Source of the DNA: Lepidodermella squamata
Lineage: Eukaryota > Animalia > Gastrotricha
Assembly (NCBI GenBank): GCA_047495785.1
Contig: JBLDXI010000042.1
Location: forward strand, 1-64,000
Length of the DNA: 64,000 nucleotides
Direction of reading: 5' to 3'
This document shows, piece after piece, positions 12,901 through 24,512 of the stretch. The translations under genes were made by a program, and so were the position numbers. Each line of letters begins with the position of its first letter. Position 1 is the first letter of the stretch. The notes beneath the pieces are model-generated. The model did not search any database. It was not told where the DNA came from and saw only the letters and a list, made by a program, of their open reading frames with translations.

Positions 12901-13647
12901 AACAAAAATGTCTGAATTTCGATCTAGAGGATCAAAAGATTTGTTGATATTACCGGTTCTTATATTCAAATCACCCATGATAATGATTTCAATTTTTTTG
13001 GGGTTGGCGAGGTTTTCAATGCGAACTTGTGATTGAATTTCGGCAATTTTATTCGTTGCATCCGCCCATAATTTTTTAAAACGGCCTTGACCAGGTTTTG
13101 GTTTATTGTTTTTTGTTTTTGAGGTGGAATGCGATTTTCGAGGTTCTTTTCCGATTTTCTCAGATTTTTCAGGTAGTATGTAGCAGAAAGCAATTATTAA
13201 AATAGAGTCAATTAATTCGAATTTGAGGACAACCATATAACTCGATTTGAAGAGCAAAGTTAAAAATGATTTCAGCGAATTGTTGATATATACAATTATT
13301 CCCCCAGAGAGATTTCTTCCTCTGGACGCGGCAAGCTTTTTTGCGGGCGAATGAATCACAAAGAAGTCATTTCTCAGTAACGGCGGGATCATATTGGCGT
13401 CGTGCCAAGTTTCTAAGAGTGCCACAATTAAATAATTTTTGAGAAGGTATATAATATTAGGATACGACTCGGGTCTGAATTTAAAAATATTCCAGGCGAT
13501 TAGAGTGATTAATTTGAACGAGATTTCAACATTGGTGAGAGAATCACATAAATCAGATGCATTTAAGTTCTTACTTTGCGCCTTGTTGACAGCGCTTGTC
13601 TCAACAGTTCGTGGCCGGCTTTGTGCGGCTAGTGCTCGGACTGACGG
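9979..13647 (-). CDS. LINE ORF2: AP endonuclease + reverse transcriptase + C-terminal CCHC-like motif
   Basis: APE motifs LIAWNI, LLETW, MGDLN, VDY, SDH. RT motifs NYRPISLLS, QFGF, VDFSNAFD, GVRQGDPLSPLLF, YADD, YLG. C-terminal CIFC...HLYVEC. The frame is open upstream of the ORF-track start, to a stop at 13648-13650. Confidence 0.95.
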   Translation of the reverse strand, partial: PSVRALAAQSRPRTVETSAVNKAQSKNLNASDLCDSLTNVEISFKLITLIAWNIFKFRPESYPNIIYLLKNYLIVALLETWHDANMIPPLLRNDFFVIHSPAKKLAASRGRNLSGGIIVYINNSLKSFLTLLFKSSYMVVLKFELIDSILIIAFCYILPEKSEKIGKEPRKSHSTSKTKNNKPKPGQGRFKKLWADATNKIAEIQSQVRIENLANPKKIEIIIMGDLNIRTGNINKSFDPLDRNSDIFVNQIPPRKSRDMELSKSSASNRKYFFEKLDEMGLYIVNGTTTSDELGEFTHKKLGENHKQAFTVVDYALASETLSDKIHDFEVITSEGISDHYAICLTVNAGLNFANDDDDNNIPNNQINFRVNKCYFASLWERFEVDEREQNDNLNSLILKLYRTGNRALYVKKQKQAISEHLSFFDDECQTKRELIRKSRKLALRHPSNPLYKADMDRHEVEYRQLLRSKKEQHEGRLQAEAVEFAELIETHPADFFKLAKELNRLKSIETNIEMPDASEIISFFSQLFTASTTGPASPTSPTAAARATNDPHDLALVKPVSVVEIELIVAKAKSSSSAGIDQIDYECLKLDGCKRGLYPFLAVLYTKILETGEYPECWRKALLIPIYKKNSRLDPKNYRPISLLSVFAKIFSSILEKRLREWCTAKNILRPEQFGFTPKIGTVDACTLFYAIVAFYLTRKKKVYTAFVDFSNAFDKISRALLMKKLRKIGLPSSFIEVIRNMYADNTLLLRMKSTILFDKPIKSNVGVRQGDPLSPLLFSIFINDLIPYLMKVFPGLTFGEYVVLAILYADDLVLLAESPEQLQSLLDELVAYAEENSLIINVDKTKILIFEKKFVENNQLKFYLNGEQLERVKDFKYLGVYFTNNLNFDKMVEVVNANAKRIAAFIPNMIDRFTTYLPPKTFHLLYNSYLVSNYSYAGGFWGQSKKGKIFPFNTHFVKQLCRIPAAARDELVKREFYLDPPSLILTKTAIRHFLKLKFEDNHILLKTAFEIIDSNKNLYKHIFKNLPEDVEKLGGKEIFNATSKFEGLALLERWYEKWVENDKFSTASSLKSLYQNPVYSEEKFDKLLIYSSTRQAFWSIKNIQTLAMIRTNSVHKPFCYINNFGLRCIFCLKNSNNPALSLNSFSDSVELLTHLYVECNHLPLLYNINNAEIKPDKRDIINSIIRCESSGSAHLSKILSLAYSYRTTLKLHIYPSTLTT

Positions 13648-14423
13648 TTACGGTTTCGCGTGTTGACGAACGAGGGTCGCTGCTGGTTGTAGTAGCCGGG
13701 GTTGCCGTAGCCATCGTTGTCTCGGTTGTCGAAGTAGTCACCACCGTCGTCGCTAAAGTCGTTGTTGGGGTTGTTACCCCACCCAGGGCCCCCGAAGGCC
13801 CCGTTGGGTGGCGGTGGATTCTGGTTGTGGTTCACTTGCGGCTGTGGCGCAACGCTGTGGTCGCGTCCCCGAGCAGCAGCTTGGTTGTAGCCGCCGCCGC
13901 CGCCGTTGGGTTGACGGCCGCCGAGTTGTTGCTGTTGATTCGGTTGTCGCGGTTGTCGTTGCTGCTGTTGGCGCGGTTGTTGCCGCCTGTTGGCCGCGGC
14001 CTGTCGAGCCTCGTTGGCCTTGGCCCGGTTTGCCCAGCGGTCGCGTTGCGGCTGTTGCGGTTGTTGAGCGTTGTTGACTGGCGCCGGCTCGACTTTACCG
14101 CTCGCGGACTTGAAGACGTAGGATCCGTGCTGTTGGGTGACCAGCTTGTTGCCGTTGATTTGATAATTTAAATCCGGAGAGTTGTTGTTATTTTCCGCGA
14201 TGATTTTGTTTAATTGTTCGTGCAGAGCTTTGCGGATTACTTGCTTGTGTGGCGGTAGATACCGCGAAACCCATATTCCTGGAGCAAGGAATTTCCGGTT
14301 TTCAAATCTCAACGCTTCATAAATCAGCCCGATCGCATCAGGTGCCAGGGTGACGTGGATCTGCCGGGTGATCACTTGTCCAGCTGCGTTTCTTCGAGGT
14401 GGCCCGAATCGCTGGCACGACAT
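13629..14423 (-). CDS. LINE ORF1, C-terminal part, with Q/N/G/Y-rich low-complexity tail
   Basis: Lies directly upstream of ORF2; the pattern RFG....R.I.V....GIWVSRYLP....RK.L....YQI..NKL resembles ORF1 RRM/CTD regions. Confidence 0.75.
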   Translation of the reverse strand: MSCQRFGPPRRNAAGQVITRQIHVTLAPDAIGLIYEALRFENRKFLAPGIWVSRYLPPHKQVIRKALHEQLNKIIAENNNNSPDLNYQINGNKLVTQQHGSYVFKSASGKVEPAPVNNAQQPQQPQRDRWANRAKANEARQAAANRRQQPRQQQQRQPRQPNQQQQLGGRQPNGGGGGYNQAAARGRDHSVAPQPQVNHNQNPPPPNGAFGGPGWGNNPNNDFSDDGGDYFDNRDNDGYGNPGYYNQQRPSFVNTRNRNRQSEH

Positions 14424-14882
14424 CGGTAATATAAATATAAATTTTGCTGATTAAACTCGTAAAAAAAAACGTAAACTGGCTCGTGCCAAGAAGTCGCGTG
14501 TGAAATTATTTTGTAAGGCGAATTGTAAACAGCTCAACTGGCTCGAACTGAATGGTTCAAATTTCACATAATATCGCTGTGAATGAATAAATGACGTATC
14601 CGCTCATGATAAATTTGCCTGGCAAAGTTTCTCAGGAACATAGCCATACTATTTTGGAATTCTGATAATCTGCGGTAAGGGGCATAAATATTGAGCGGAA
14701 TTCATTTCTTCTCAGCGCTATCATTTCGGCTGGCTCTGAATCTCACATATCTCAGACCGCTGGAAAGCCCATGAAACATAGTTTATTCCCCATAAACATA
14801 GTTTCGCTCAAGGGAACTTTGTTGATTCCAAGCTCTGGTAAAATTAAGCAGTTTAGTTTTACTTGTTCCAAGTTTACATTCA

Positions 14883-15110
14883 TTAATTATAGACTTCAAG
14901 AGCGAACGCCGTGCCTATGCGGTTAAAATGCTGAAAAGGACACCCTGTTCAACATTCTCAAACCGAATATCCTTGCTGTGGCCATGCTCAAGTGGCACGA
15001 TTTCCCCCAAACCAAACTCGCCAAATGTACTCAGTTTTCACAAATGTGTTGACACAGTAGGCCGCAAGCTGTAATTGCGTCATTTCACTGTAACCACTGC
15101 GCGAAATCAC
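14883..15110 (-). pseudogene. FUT-2: 3' fragment of the fucosyltransferase-like gene
   Basis: Close DNA match to 20801-21035 and FUT-1 (..GLGEIVPLEHGHSKDIRFENVEQG..FQHFNRIGTAFALEVYN*), with indels. Confidence 0.8.
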
Positions 15111-15207
15111 GCAAAATTTGCCACAAGAGTAGCCGGGCAATTCCACGCTCCAGTCATCTTATTGAATGACCCTCCGTTAAGACACGGTTTCTAAGAATAG
15201 CAAAAAC

Positions 15208-15364
15208 CAGAGCGCGAAGTACGGGGGAAGGAATGAGGGGTATCGTACCCCCCATTTCACAAGGCCAAAGAGGAAAATCCCTAAAAAACCACAGGGGGAC
15301 CCTTTGGTCGTAGAATTTGGGCCCGAAAATACCCCCTAGCTAGAGGATCCTACTTCACGCACTG
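15208..15364. mobile_element. hAT-type MITE with perfect 8-bp TSD
   Basis: TIRs CAGAGCGCGAAGTA / TACTTCACGCACTG; TSD GCAAAAAC at 15200-15207 and 15365-15372. Confidence 0.9.
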
Positions 15365-15849
15365 GCAAAAACTTCGGAATTGTCCCGAGAAGACACCAAT
15401 TTCATCAACTGAATTAGATAGCTCGCTGATACCTTCGCTCTAGAGAATCTTTATAGATCGAAAAAATTCAGGTCCAAAGCCAGCGAAATGTTTGTGTGGC
15501 GAATGATCTTGAACGGGTTGACTGGGCCTGTTTCAGATTTGAAAGCTGGAAAATGGGAATTCGAGGTCAGAAATATCACATGAAATCAAACTGAACTTGA
15601 TCACGTTTTATTTAATCATGCTGAAGGCTGGAGATACCCATCGAATGTCATGGTAAGCATATAAGTTAGATGCGAAGCGACGATGTTCCAAAATGGTTGA
15701 ATAGCAAAGCGAAAATAAGTTGCTTGCTTGACATTTTTGGAACGAAAATCATATTATCATTTCATGAAGTCATTGAGATGTGCTGAAAATGAGGTGTGTG
15801 CAGAATCAATATAAACTGTTTGGCATTGTGAATCACTAACATGTGAGGA

Positions 15850-18800
15850 CTAGTAATAAGTCTCACACAGGATATGGTTAGCATAAACTTGGCACGCAGA
15901 CGTGGCGTAGTGGCGACCTTCGAGATTGCCAACTGCTTTGATAACAACACAGTCATCAACATCGAATGTGTAAAGCCAATCTGGCTCATTGTAAGTGTAA
16001 ATTGTTCCGTCATACCACGTGAAAGTCTTGTTCCAATAATGAGACATGCCCACCCAAGTCGCACTGAAGTCACCCGGGATAATCTGTGCAGCTTGCGCAA
16101 ATTCAGCAGCTGTCTTCGTCATGGCTATCCTGCTATTTGCGTTGCTGCATTGCGCGGCAGCTTCTAGTCCTAGAAAGCCGTCGCCAGACCCCGTTAGAAG
16201 GAAAAACTTCTTGGTAGCGCTTTGGCAGCTTTGTAGGCTTGTGTACACGGAAGGCGGAAAGCGAGTTTCGCTTCCCAGGCAGTTACCGCTACTTGGGCGG
16301 CAGTTGAAAGATCCATCAAGTACTGCGCATCGGCTGTAACTGCAACATTCCAGAAAAAAATGAGAGTTAATGCCATATTGTTTTCGAATAACGATTTTTC
16401 ACAACCCAGAACTTGGAGTTCGATTGAAACGATTTACCTCCCCTCAAATCATGACATTTCTCTATGGACATTTCTTAGATTCTGGTACATTTTCGTACAC
16501 ATTTATTTACCCGTTATGAACTTGCGGCTTTTCGTACATATCCTCAACCTCAACCGTAACCCTAACCCTGACCGTAACCCTAACCCTGACCGTAACCCTA
16601 ACCTTACCCCAGCCCTTACCCAAACTCTGAACCTAATAACCCTAACCTTAATCCCAGTCCCGACCATAACCCCAACCCTAAGTTGCAATTAAGTCTAATT
16701 AAGTCAAATTTTCTACAAGAATTATTTCCGAATATGCGAAAATATGTACATAAATATGTACAAACATCTACTTTCCCCTTTTTTAAACCAAGCAGCCAAA
16801 ATGAACCTCCAGCTTTGGAGAGTCGATATCAATCATAGCGAATCTTGGACAAATTACCAGAAAATTCACGTTACTAAATTGTTTCTAGTGCGCGAAGTAC
16901 TGGGCGAGGAGGGGGAGAATGAGGGGTATCGTACCCCCAGTTCACAAAGCTGAAGTGGAAAATCCCCCAAAAAACCACAGGGGGGGGGGGCCCTTTGGTC
17001 CCCAATTTGGGCCCGAAAATACCCCCTAGCTCGAGGATCCTACACCGCGCACTGATTGGTTCCGAAGGCTAAAAAGCTCTTAAATAGAAAGATCCTGAAT
17101 AAAATAATCCAACATCTAAAATCGCTGAATTCAAAGCTTTCCATTAACTTTGGCAATTTTCAATCTAAAAAAATAGACAATCGTGTAAAAATATTACGAT
17201 CTTCGATTAAGCGTAAGGATGACTGCTCGGAATTTAAGCATTCAGAATTCTGAATAGGGTGCCAACTTTCATACATAAATATGTATGACAAAATTAATTT
17301 TCAGTCATATTTTTTCCATTAAATTCAAGCTGAAATTATTAGGGAAATGTCAGATGACTAGTTTTCGGTTTATATAAAAGAAAAACGGGGTTCCGAAAGC
17401 GAAGTCAATTTTTTCCGCATGAAAATAGTTATAGGGGAAGCGCAAGGGCCCAAAAATCGAGCTTCGCAGAAACCCGAAACTCGAACTAACCTAACCCTAA
17501 CCTTAATCCTGAACCCTAACCAAACCCTAAACCTAACCTTAACCCGAACCCGAACCCGAACCCTGGCACCTAACCCCTAACCCCAATTCCTAATCACTGT
17601 TTGGCTAAAAAACAAGATTTTATGTATTTTAGATTTTATGCACTTCGTAAATATTATTTTTGGTTCGAAATGAACTTGAAAACGACTATATTTTAATGTA
17701 CTCACCCTGCCTTGCAAGCGTCGAAATTGTCATATTTAGTTTCGCCATCGCCAAATGCCACCTGCCGTGAATAATAATGCCATAATACTTAAAGATGGCT
17801 GTTTAAAAAGGCCTCATACCGTGTTAGTAGGGCATCGCTCCGATTGCGGGACGCAAACAGCATACAGCTTCGTCGTGCCATCAACGCATTTTATATGCTT
17901 GCCCTGTAAAGGTAGTTGAGTTCAAGGGGATTTACTGTTGGAGCTAAATTCCTCACCTGAATTAAAGATTGGCAATCACTGAGCGATTCTGAAATAGGAG
18001 AGTCAGGGGCTCCAACGCCACGCCCAACCTAAAGACATCAACGTTCAACAATGTACAAGTGTTGACGCCGATATTACTTCATATTTTCCGTTTCCCGTTG
18101 GGCAAGTATCGCGACAGGTCCCGCCGGTTGTCGCATCGTAGCACAGGCGTACATTCTTGAAAGGTTTAATATCATAGAAAAAGCCATCAAACAAATAATG
18201 CACGTTACTCCTTGCTCGCAGCTCTCTTTTGTGAGATACACAGTTGGGCTTAGCGTCTGAAATATGATAGAAAAATTGAACATCTTCATTTTAAATACAA
18301 ACTGCTCACATAAGTGCCATCGCATGTGGCCGGAGCTTTCTTGCAGCCTTTGAAGGACGAAACCGACCAGTCGAAGCAGCGGCGATGCGGGTACATCTCA
18401 GGCGGAGCTGAATTACGAGCGAAATATATAGCAAAAACCATTTTTCAATAATTGGAACTTGGAACTGACCAGAAGTGCACTCGTAAAGGGTGTTGAACGT
18501 AGCTCCTGTGATAGTCCCATTAGGACACGCGACGTTGTTTAGAATTGATAAACATGTCACGAGAGCGAATGAGGCCTGATCCACGCAGAGCTTGTGGGGT
18601 TTCTGATGGGATTCAAAAAATTGGAGGAAGAATGAAGTATTTTGACTTGGGACCCACCAGTGTTAGAAGGCAATCAGCGTAGTTGCCTGCAAAGTCGGTT
18701 TTCGAATTGAAAGTGGAAATCTGGAGAAGATATATCCAAAACGCTCAAGTTCGGTTCATAGTTCTAAATTCTCACCAGTGCCATTGGAGACGGGCAGTTA

Positions 18801-20270
18801 TTGCGGCAAGCCAAGCCATCCGGCGTAGAGCAAATCGCTGCTGGCTGTGAGATTTTCAAAATGTATCAAATTATAGCTCAAAAGATCTTTCAAACTAACG
18901 CCATTGGTACAATGAGCTTTGTCGATATAAGTGCCAAGGCTGTAGGACTTGAAAAACATTAGGCAATTGAAAATAAGCTGCTTCCTGTTGTTACACGCGT
19001 ACCTGAGTCATGCTGGCCGAATTGCAGGGGTTAGATTGACAGCCGACAAAGGAACGATCGTTTTGAAGGAAGCATCGATAATGCGGCAGAAAATCAGTGT
19101 CATTGCGTTTGACTGTGAACAAAATATATAGAAATAATAATCGATCCTTTTCGTTATGAAGAAATTCTAGATTTGCTTAAAACCTACCGCAAAGCTCGAA
19201 AAACTTACTATTCGCCTGGGCCATGCATGAAGAGGTTGTCGACCACGAGCTAACGAAATTCTGAAAAATAGAAAAAGTTCAAGTCGATAATGAGTTCGAA
19301 AAAATACAATGCAGGGCGCAAAGTACGGAAGGAGGAAGGGTCAGGCAGTTCGGCAGGCCAAAGCGTGGGAATCCCACGAAAAAAACCCCAGGGGGACTCT
19401 TGGTCGTAAAATTTGCGGCCGAAAATAACCCCCAGTTCGAGGATCCTATTCCGCGCACTGACACTAAGGTTGCCAATTACGTCCTATTACATCTCGTTCG
19501 AAATTTGAGGTCTTGCTAAATTGGAAGATTCCTTATTCGAATAATTTAGATCGATTCGAGTTCAGATATTAGCGTCGTGAATTAGCGAAAAATATAATAA
19601 ATCTGGGACTTCACGGTGATGATAAAGTCTCACCCACCCCGCCACTTGGGCATGGCCCATTGACAGGAATACAAGTTTTCTGGCCGTTGTTGTCGCAAAG
19701 CGTTGCTTGACTATTCTGTAACATATATTTCATGAACATATTTTATTTGAGATGAAAAACCCTCAACTGAAATTTATTAATTGTAGCTCGGCACATTTTA
19801 TATTGCGTTTCAAAATTTTGTCCCAAGAATTCAGCAGTCTAAATTATCAAAAATTAGGAATTTGAAGACGAAAGAAGTTATAATGCGAACCATAACTTCA
19901 TCGGTCTTTGAACAGCCAAGGTTTCGAGGGATACATCGCAGGTTGTTAATCTTGTAGTTGAAACAGCTGCGGGCGGCCTGAAATAGGACGATAATTCAAA
20001 ATCGACGTTTAATTTACATTAGGATAGGCCTAACTCCATCCAAACAACTAGTAGACGATGGCAAAGCGAGACCGAGCTGGAATAATTCGAGACATTTTTT
20101 CAGTGGGGTATCGATTGATTATTAAGTACCTGGACTTCATCAAGGAAAGAGCAGGCAATTTTACAGCCCATGAAAGTATCATTGAGCCTTGAGAAGCAGC
20201 GCTTGTAGTCAGCTGAAACGGCTACCCCAGCTAGGCCAAGAATGAAAATTAATTGCAGAATTGTGGACAT
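15850..20270 (-). CDS. Lectin gene B: signal peptide + 10 four-Cys modules + C-terminal CTLD (one donor site mutated)
   Basis: Starts MSTILQLIFILGLAGVAVSADYKRCF; exon-by-exon collinear with D and H; terminal exon 15850-16339 ends ..WVGM..WYDGT..LCETYY*. The exon-4 donor reads CAG|TTGAGG at 19766. Confidence 0.75.
16545..16682. repeat. Degenerate (AACCCT)n array inside an intronic repetitive element
   Basis: CCTAAC/CCTGAC/CCGTAA hexamers; similar arrays at 17485-17590, 23452-23485 and 56480-56540. Confidence 0.75.
16886..17054. mobile_element. hAT-type MITE, same family as 15208
   Basis: TAGTGCGCGAAGTA...CGCGCACTG; TSD ATTG(T/G)TTC matching at 7 of 8 positions. Confidence 0.8.
17381..17640. 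mobile_element. Dispersed repeat with AACCCT array (Helentron/HINE-like); second copy at ~56385-56580
   Basis: Shared AAAAACGGGGTTCCGAAA...GGGGAAGYGCAAGGGCCCAAAAA...(AACCCT)n...CCAATTCC...TTGGCT-AAAAAC between the two loci. The family assignment is an inference. Confidence 0.6.
19312..19460. mobile_element. hAT-type MITE, same family; more degenerate or partial copies near 23640-23790, 25111-25230, 34600-34742, 42040-42170, 47975-48080 and 56240-56375
   Basis: CAGGGCGCAAAGTA...GGATCCTATTCCGCGCACTG with the shared internal GGGGAC(C/T)CTT(T)GGTC core. Confidence 0.7.
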
Positions 20271-20800
20271 CCGACCAAAGTTTAAAACAGTTGAAAATAA
20301 CTTGACCACTATGTAAATTGAGAGAATAAGAATGAAACTCAACGAGCTATTAAACATTAAATAACTCCTTGATTTTTTAAAATCGCGTGGATTAATTTTA
20401 AACTAGTCGTAAACAGGCTGTAAACGCGTGGCAGGAAATTCTCAACTCCCATTAATAATATTGACGAGGTGGGTTTTTTTATTATAAAAACTGATACATA
20501 ATACAGTCATTTCTTTTGAGAATGTTTCCCAGCTCTATAAAATCAGTAAAAAATTATGAAAATGCGCCAATTATAGGGCATGAGGGAATACCCAGTGAAA
20601 AATTTCCTAATTTTCATATGTCACTTAATTTAAAAAAAATTCAGCTAGTTTTGAATGAAAGAAAAAAGCTTAAAACGGCTCTGACAGTTGATTGGCCTAC
20701 TTTTGACACGAAAAATGCAACAGCCATCTCAATATGAAGCCAATGTCTAACGCTGAATATTTTTTTTAATGGAGCTTAACTCTTTCCAAGTTTTCATTCA

Positions 20801-21560
20801 TTAATTATAAACTTCAAGAGCGAAAGTTGTGCCGATTCGGTTGAAACGCTGGAAGTGACAAGTGGCCCCTTGTTCAACATTCTCAAACCGAATATCATTG
20901 CCGTAGCCATGCTCAAGTGGCACGATTTCACCCAAACCAAACTCGCCAAATGTACAGTTTTCACAAATGTGTCTCACGGTAGGTCGCAGGCTGTAAAATG
21001 ACGCCATTCCACTGAAACCACTGCGCGGAATCACGAGTTCTTCCATGCGTGTCAGAGCGTAGAAATCGAGAAATGTTCCGGCGTAGAACAACCAGCGCTG
21101 ACTCTCATCTTCCGTTTTCTCAAGTTCCGAATGAGCAACTTTAAGATTGGGGCGTCGATCGCCAGCTTACAGAATATTGATTTCGATCGATCGATTATCG
21201 ACTTTTAAAAAGATGATCGATTTTTCCATCAGTTCACGAGTTTCCTCCAACAACTTGATTGTTGTTAGGAAAATGATGAATTTCGATCTGTTGGCAGCTA
21301 AAATTTGGTTCGCAGCCAATTTACTTCTTCGGGCTCATTGAAAAATTCTCCCCCATCTCCTTATCGAATTTGAATCCCGACTTTGTACGATTCGTTCCGC
21401 CTGCCTTAATTCATCATAACAAACAGTCAAACATTACAGCCAATTCATCACGCGGTCGAGGTAGCAAAAGTCTCAATGCTGCTGTTACAAGGATGGATCT
21501 ATCGATTTTCGAAACCGAAGTTCGATCAATGACGATCAACAATAGACCATGCTATCGAAG
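20801..21560 (-). pseudogene. FUT-3: truncated, degenerate fucosyltransferase-like copy
   Basis: FYAGTFLDFYALTRMEELVIPRSGFSGMA...ALEVYN*. Stop inside motif I (GIQIR*GD near 21361), internal deletions, 5' half missing. Confidence 0.85.
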
Positions 21561-21670
21561 TATATTTTATTAGGAAGCCGAACGTTTCGATTAGTTTGAA
21601 CACTCAAAATTCATCCAGAATCGCAAATACGCAATGAATAAAGCACAAATAGAGCTTCATAATGTTAGAA

Positions 21671-24512
21671 CTAGTAATAAGTCTCGCACATGACGTCGCC
21701 AGCGTAATCGTCACAAGGAGGATAGCCATAGCCATAGGAATGCCTACCCTGATGACTTGCAAATATTGAAATTATCGTAAAGGGTGAAACCGTTTTGCCA
21801 TGCCGTCTGTTGTAGATATAAATATTTGAAAATTTCGAAGAATTTCGAAAATAAATGTCGCCATACCGTGTTAGCTGGGCAAGACACTGATCGTGGAACG
21901 CACACGGCGTATAAATTACTCGTGCTATAAACGCACTTTATATGTTTGACCTGCAATTTTGATCATACTTTAGCCGACTTCGATTCATCGAAAAATTCTT
22001 ACCTGAATCAATGATAAGCAGGCATCGATGGAATTCGAGAGTGGAGCAGTGTAGCCTCCTACAGGCCCGAGCTAGCATTAAAGCGCTTGAAGGCAATATC
22101 AAAAATTGATAATATCAATCTTACGTCGAATTTGCCGTAACCCTTATCGCAAGTTTCACGGCAGATGCCCCCAGTTGTACTGTCGGAGCACAAGCGAATG
22201 ACCTACGGAAGCATATTTGTCAACAGCATTTCTTGAAAAAAATGGGCCTTACCCCTTGCTCGCAGTTTGCTTTTGTAGAGAAAATAATCGGGCTGAGAGT
22301 CTTCAAAACGTTTGAATTTACGATACATTGGCTCGTCCAACTCATCTTACCTCAGTACCATTGCATGTTGCCGGCGATTTTTTGCAGCCTCTGAACGAAG
22401 GAACGGACCAGTCGAAGCAGCGTTGATGTGGATACTTCTCAGGTGGGGCTAAATTGCGAATAACGGAAAAACCAAACTCCATATAATTACCAGTAGCTAT
22501 AACCTACCAGAAGTGCACTCGTATAGGGTGTTGAACGTAGGTCCTGTGATAGTCCCATTTGGACATGGGACGTTGTTCGGTACAGATACGCATGCTGCAA
22601 GAGCGAACGTAGTTTGATCCACGCAGAGCTTATGAGGTTTCTGATAAGTTCCAAAACGTTGTAGCATGCATGAAGTACTTGGACTTAGGACCCACCAGTG
22701 TTAGAAGGCACTCAGCGTAGTTGCCCGAAAAGTCTGGTTTCGAGTTGAATGTTGAAACCTAGGAGAGATTATCTACAGGTGGAGTTCCTTTCAATGTCCT
22801 AATTCCCACCAGTGTCATTGGTGACGGGCAGTTATTGCGGCAAACCATACCATTCGGCGAGGAACAAATCGCTGCGGGCTGTGAGATTTGAAAACTTGAG
22901 AGACAGATAGCTGAAGCGATGAATCAAACTAACGCCATTGATACAGTGAGCTTTGTCAATATAAGTGCCAAGGCTGTAGGACTTCACAAATATTGACTTG
23001 ATAGAACAACTGGTATATTTTCCGTGAGGTTTATACCTGAGTCGTAGAAGTCGAATTGCAGGGTTTAGATTGGCAGCCGACGAACGACCGGTCGCTTTGA
23101 AGGAAGCATCGATAGTGAGGCAGAAAATCAGCGTCATCACGTTTAACTGTCACGAAAATGTAAAAAATATGTAAAATAAAATCCAGGAGTAACAATCTCA
23201 AGTGTACACTGGACCTCGGAAGGAAAAATAACCGGTCCTTCGCCTAATTCACATCCCATTAAACTTACGGTTCGCCTGTGCCAGGCAGGAAGAAGTTGTC
23301 GACCATGAGCCAACCACATTCTGAAAAAATATAAAGGATTAATAAAAATTAGCAATTTATTTCATTTTGTTTAGGGGGATATAGTTCACCAAATTATTGA
23401 ATTCCGTACAAACTTATTCCAATCAAATCCCAAATTTAATGACCCAGCTTTCAACCCTAACCTAAACCTAGCCCTAACCCTGACCAGTTAAATAACGAAT
23501 AAAATGGTTAGGTATTTAATTGGGTACCGGCGTAAGATTTCTTTAGGTGTAACTGAACCGCTGCTCTGAAAGAGGAATACAAAGGGAATACAAAAAGTTC
23601 CTCATCTCTCTCGACTGGGACTAGCTAAAATGAAAGTATAGTAAACCACCTGCACGAGACCACAAGGCCGTGAGAGGTCGTGGGAAGAAAACCCCCAAAA
23701 GCACAAGGGTTGCCCTATTGTTATATAAATCTGGGCTGAAAATACCATCAAGTACTCTTATTATCACGAGGACCCCACTTCATCCACTTATCCACTTTCA
23801 AAAAATGTCTGAGGACTCGCGGGTCTTCGATTAGAATCTGAACATTTGTTGATACTAACCCCGCCGTTCAGGCATGTTCCACTGACAGGAATGCAAGTTT
23901 GCTGGCCGTTGTTATCGCAAAGCGTAGCTTGAATATTCTGTAAAAATTGTTAATATTGGAATTTCAGCTTTTATGTGGAAATAAACCTACCAAGAATGTA
24001 TTAATGGTCGCTCTGCATACTTTATATTGCGTTTCAAAATTGAGGCCCAGAAATTCAGCAGTCTAAGTGAAAATAGATAAATAAAAGCCATGGGTAAGAA
24101 ATCAGCCACGAACCATAACTTCATCAGTCTTCGAGCAGCCAAGATTTCGCAGTATACATCGCAAGTTGATAGTTTTGAAGTTGAAACAGCTTCGTGCTCC
24201 CTAAAATGGGCAATTCAAAAATAGGCAAATCAATTCCCATCAAAATTAATGTCTCCAGGCATTCACCCCCTCCAAGCAACTAGCCGAAGATGGCAAAGCG
24301 AGTCCGAGCTGAAACATTTGCGAACATTTCCCAAATAAAAATAGAGAGAATTATTCATTCTTCATTCTTACCTGGACTTCATCGAGAAGAGAACAGGAAG
24401 CTTTACAACCCTCAAAGCTATCATTGAGCCTTGAAAAACAGCGCCTGTAGTCAACCGAAACGGCTGACCCAGCTAGGCCAAGAGTCAAAATGAGGCGCAG
24501 AAGAGTAGACAT
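21671..24512 (-). pseudogene. Lectin gene C: signal peptide + 9 modules; module 10 and most of the CTLD deleted (pseudogene or stalk-only variant)
   Basis: Starts MSTLLRLILTLGLAGSAVSVDYRRCF. The penultimate exon ..NICKSSG runs into TAG at 21744, followed directly by the out-of-frame CTLD tail HSYGYGYPPCDDYAGDVMCETYY*. Confidence 0.75.

Larger units (their letters stand above)
9901..14426 (-). mobile_element. APE-type non-LTR retrotransposon (LINE), 5'-truncated within ORF1
   Basis: ORF1 and ORF2 in tandem; AATAAA near 9946-9951 and an (AATTATATTA)2 tail; possible TSD/microhomology TAATATAA at 9901 and 14427. Confidence 0.9.

Noticed and set aside
13596-14171. Hydrophobic + strand ORFs of 191 and 89 aa
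   Set aside because: Antisense shadows of the Q/N-rich ORF1.
9979-16339. Diversity-generating retroelement (RT next to variable C-type lectin folds)
   Set aside because: The RT is an ordinary APE-LINE ORF2. I found no template-repeat/variable-repeat pair with adenine-specific mismatches; the CTLD variants are separate, broadly diverged paralogs.
16545-17590. True telomere or telomere fusion
   Set aside because: The arrays are short, degenerate, intronic and embedded in a dispersed repeat seen again at ~56385-56580.
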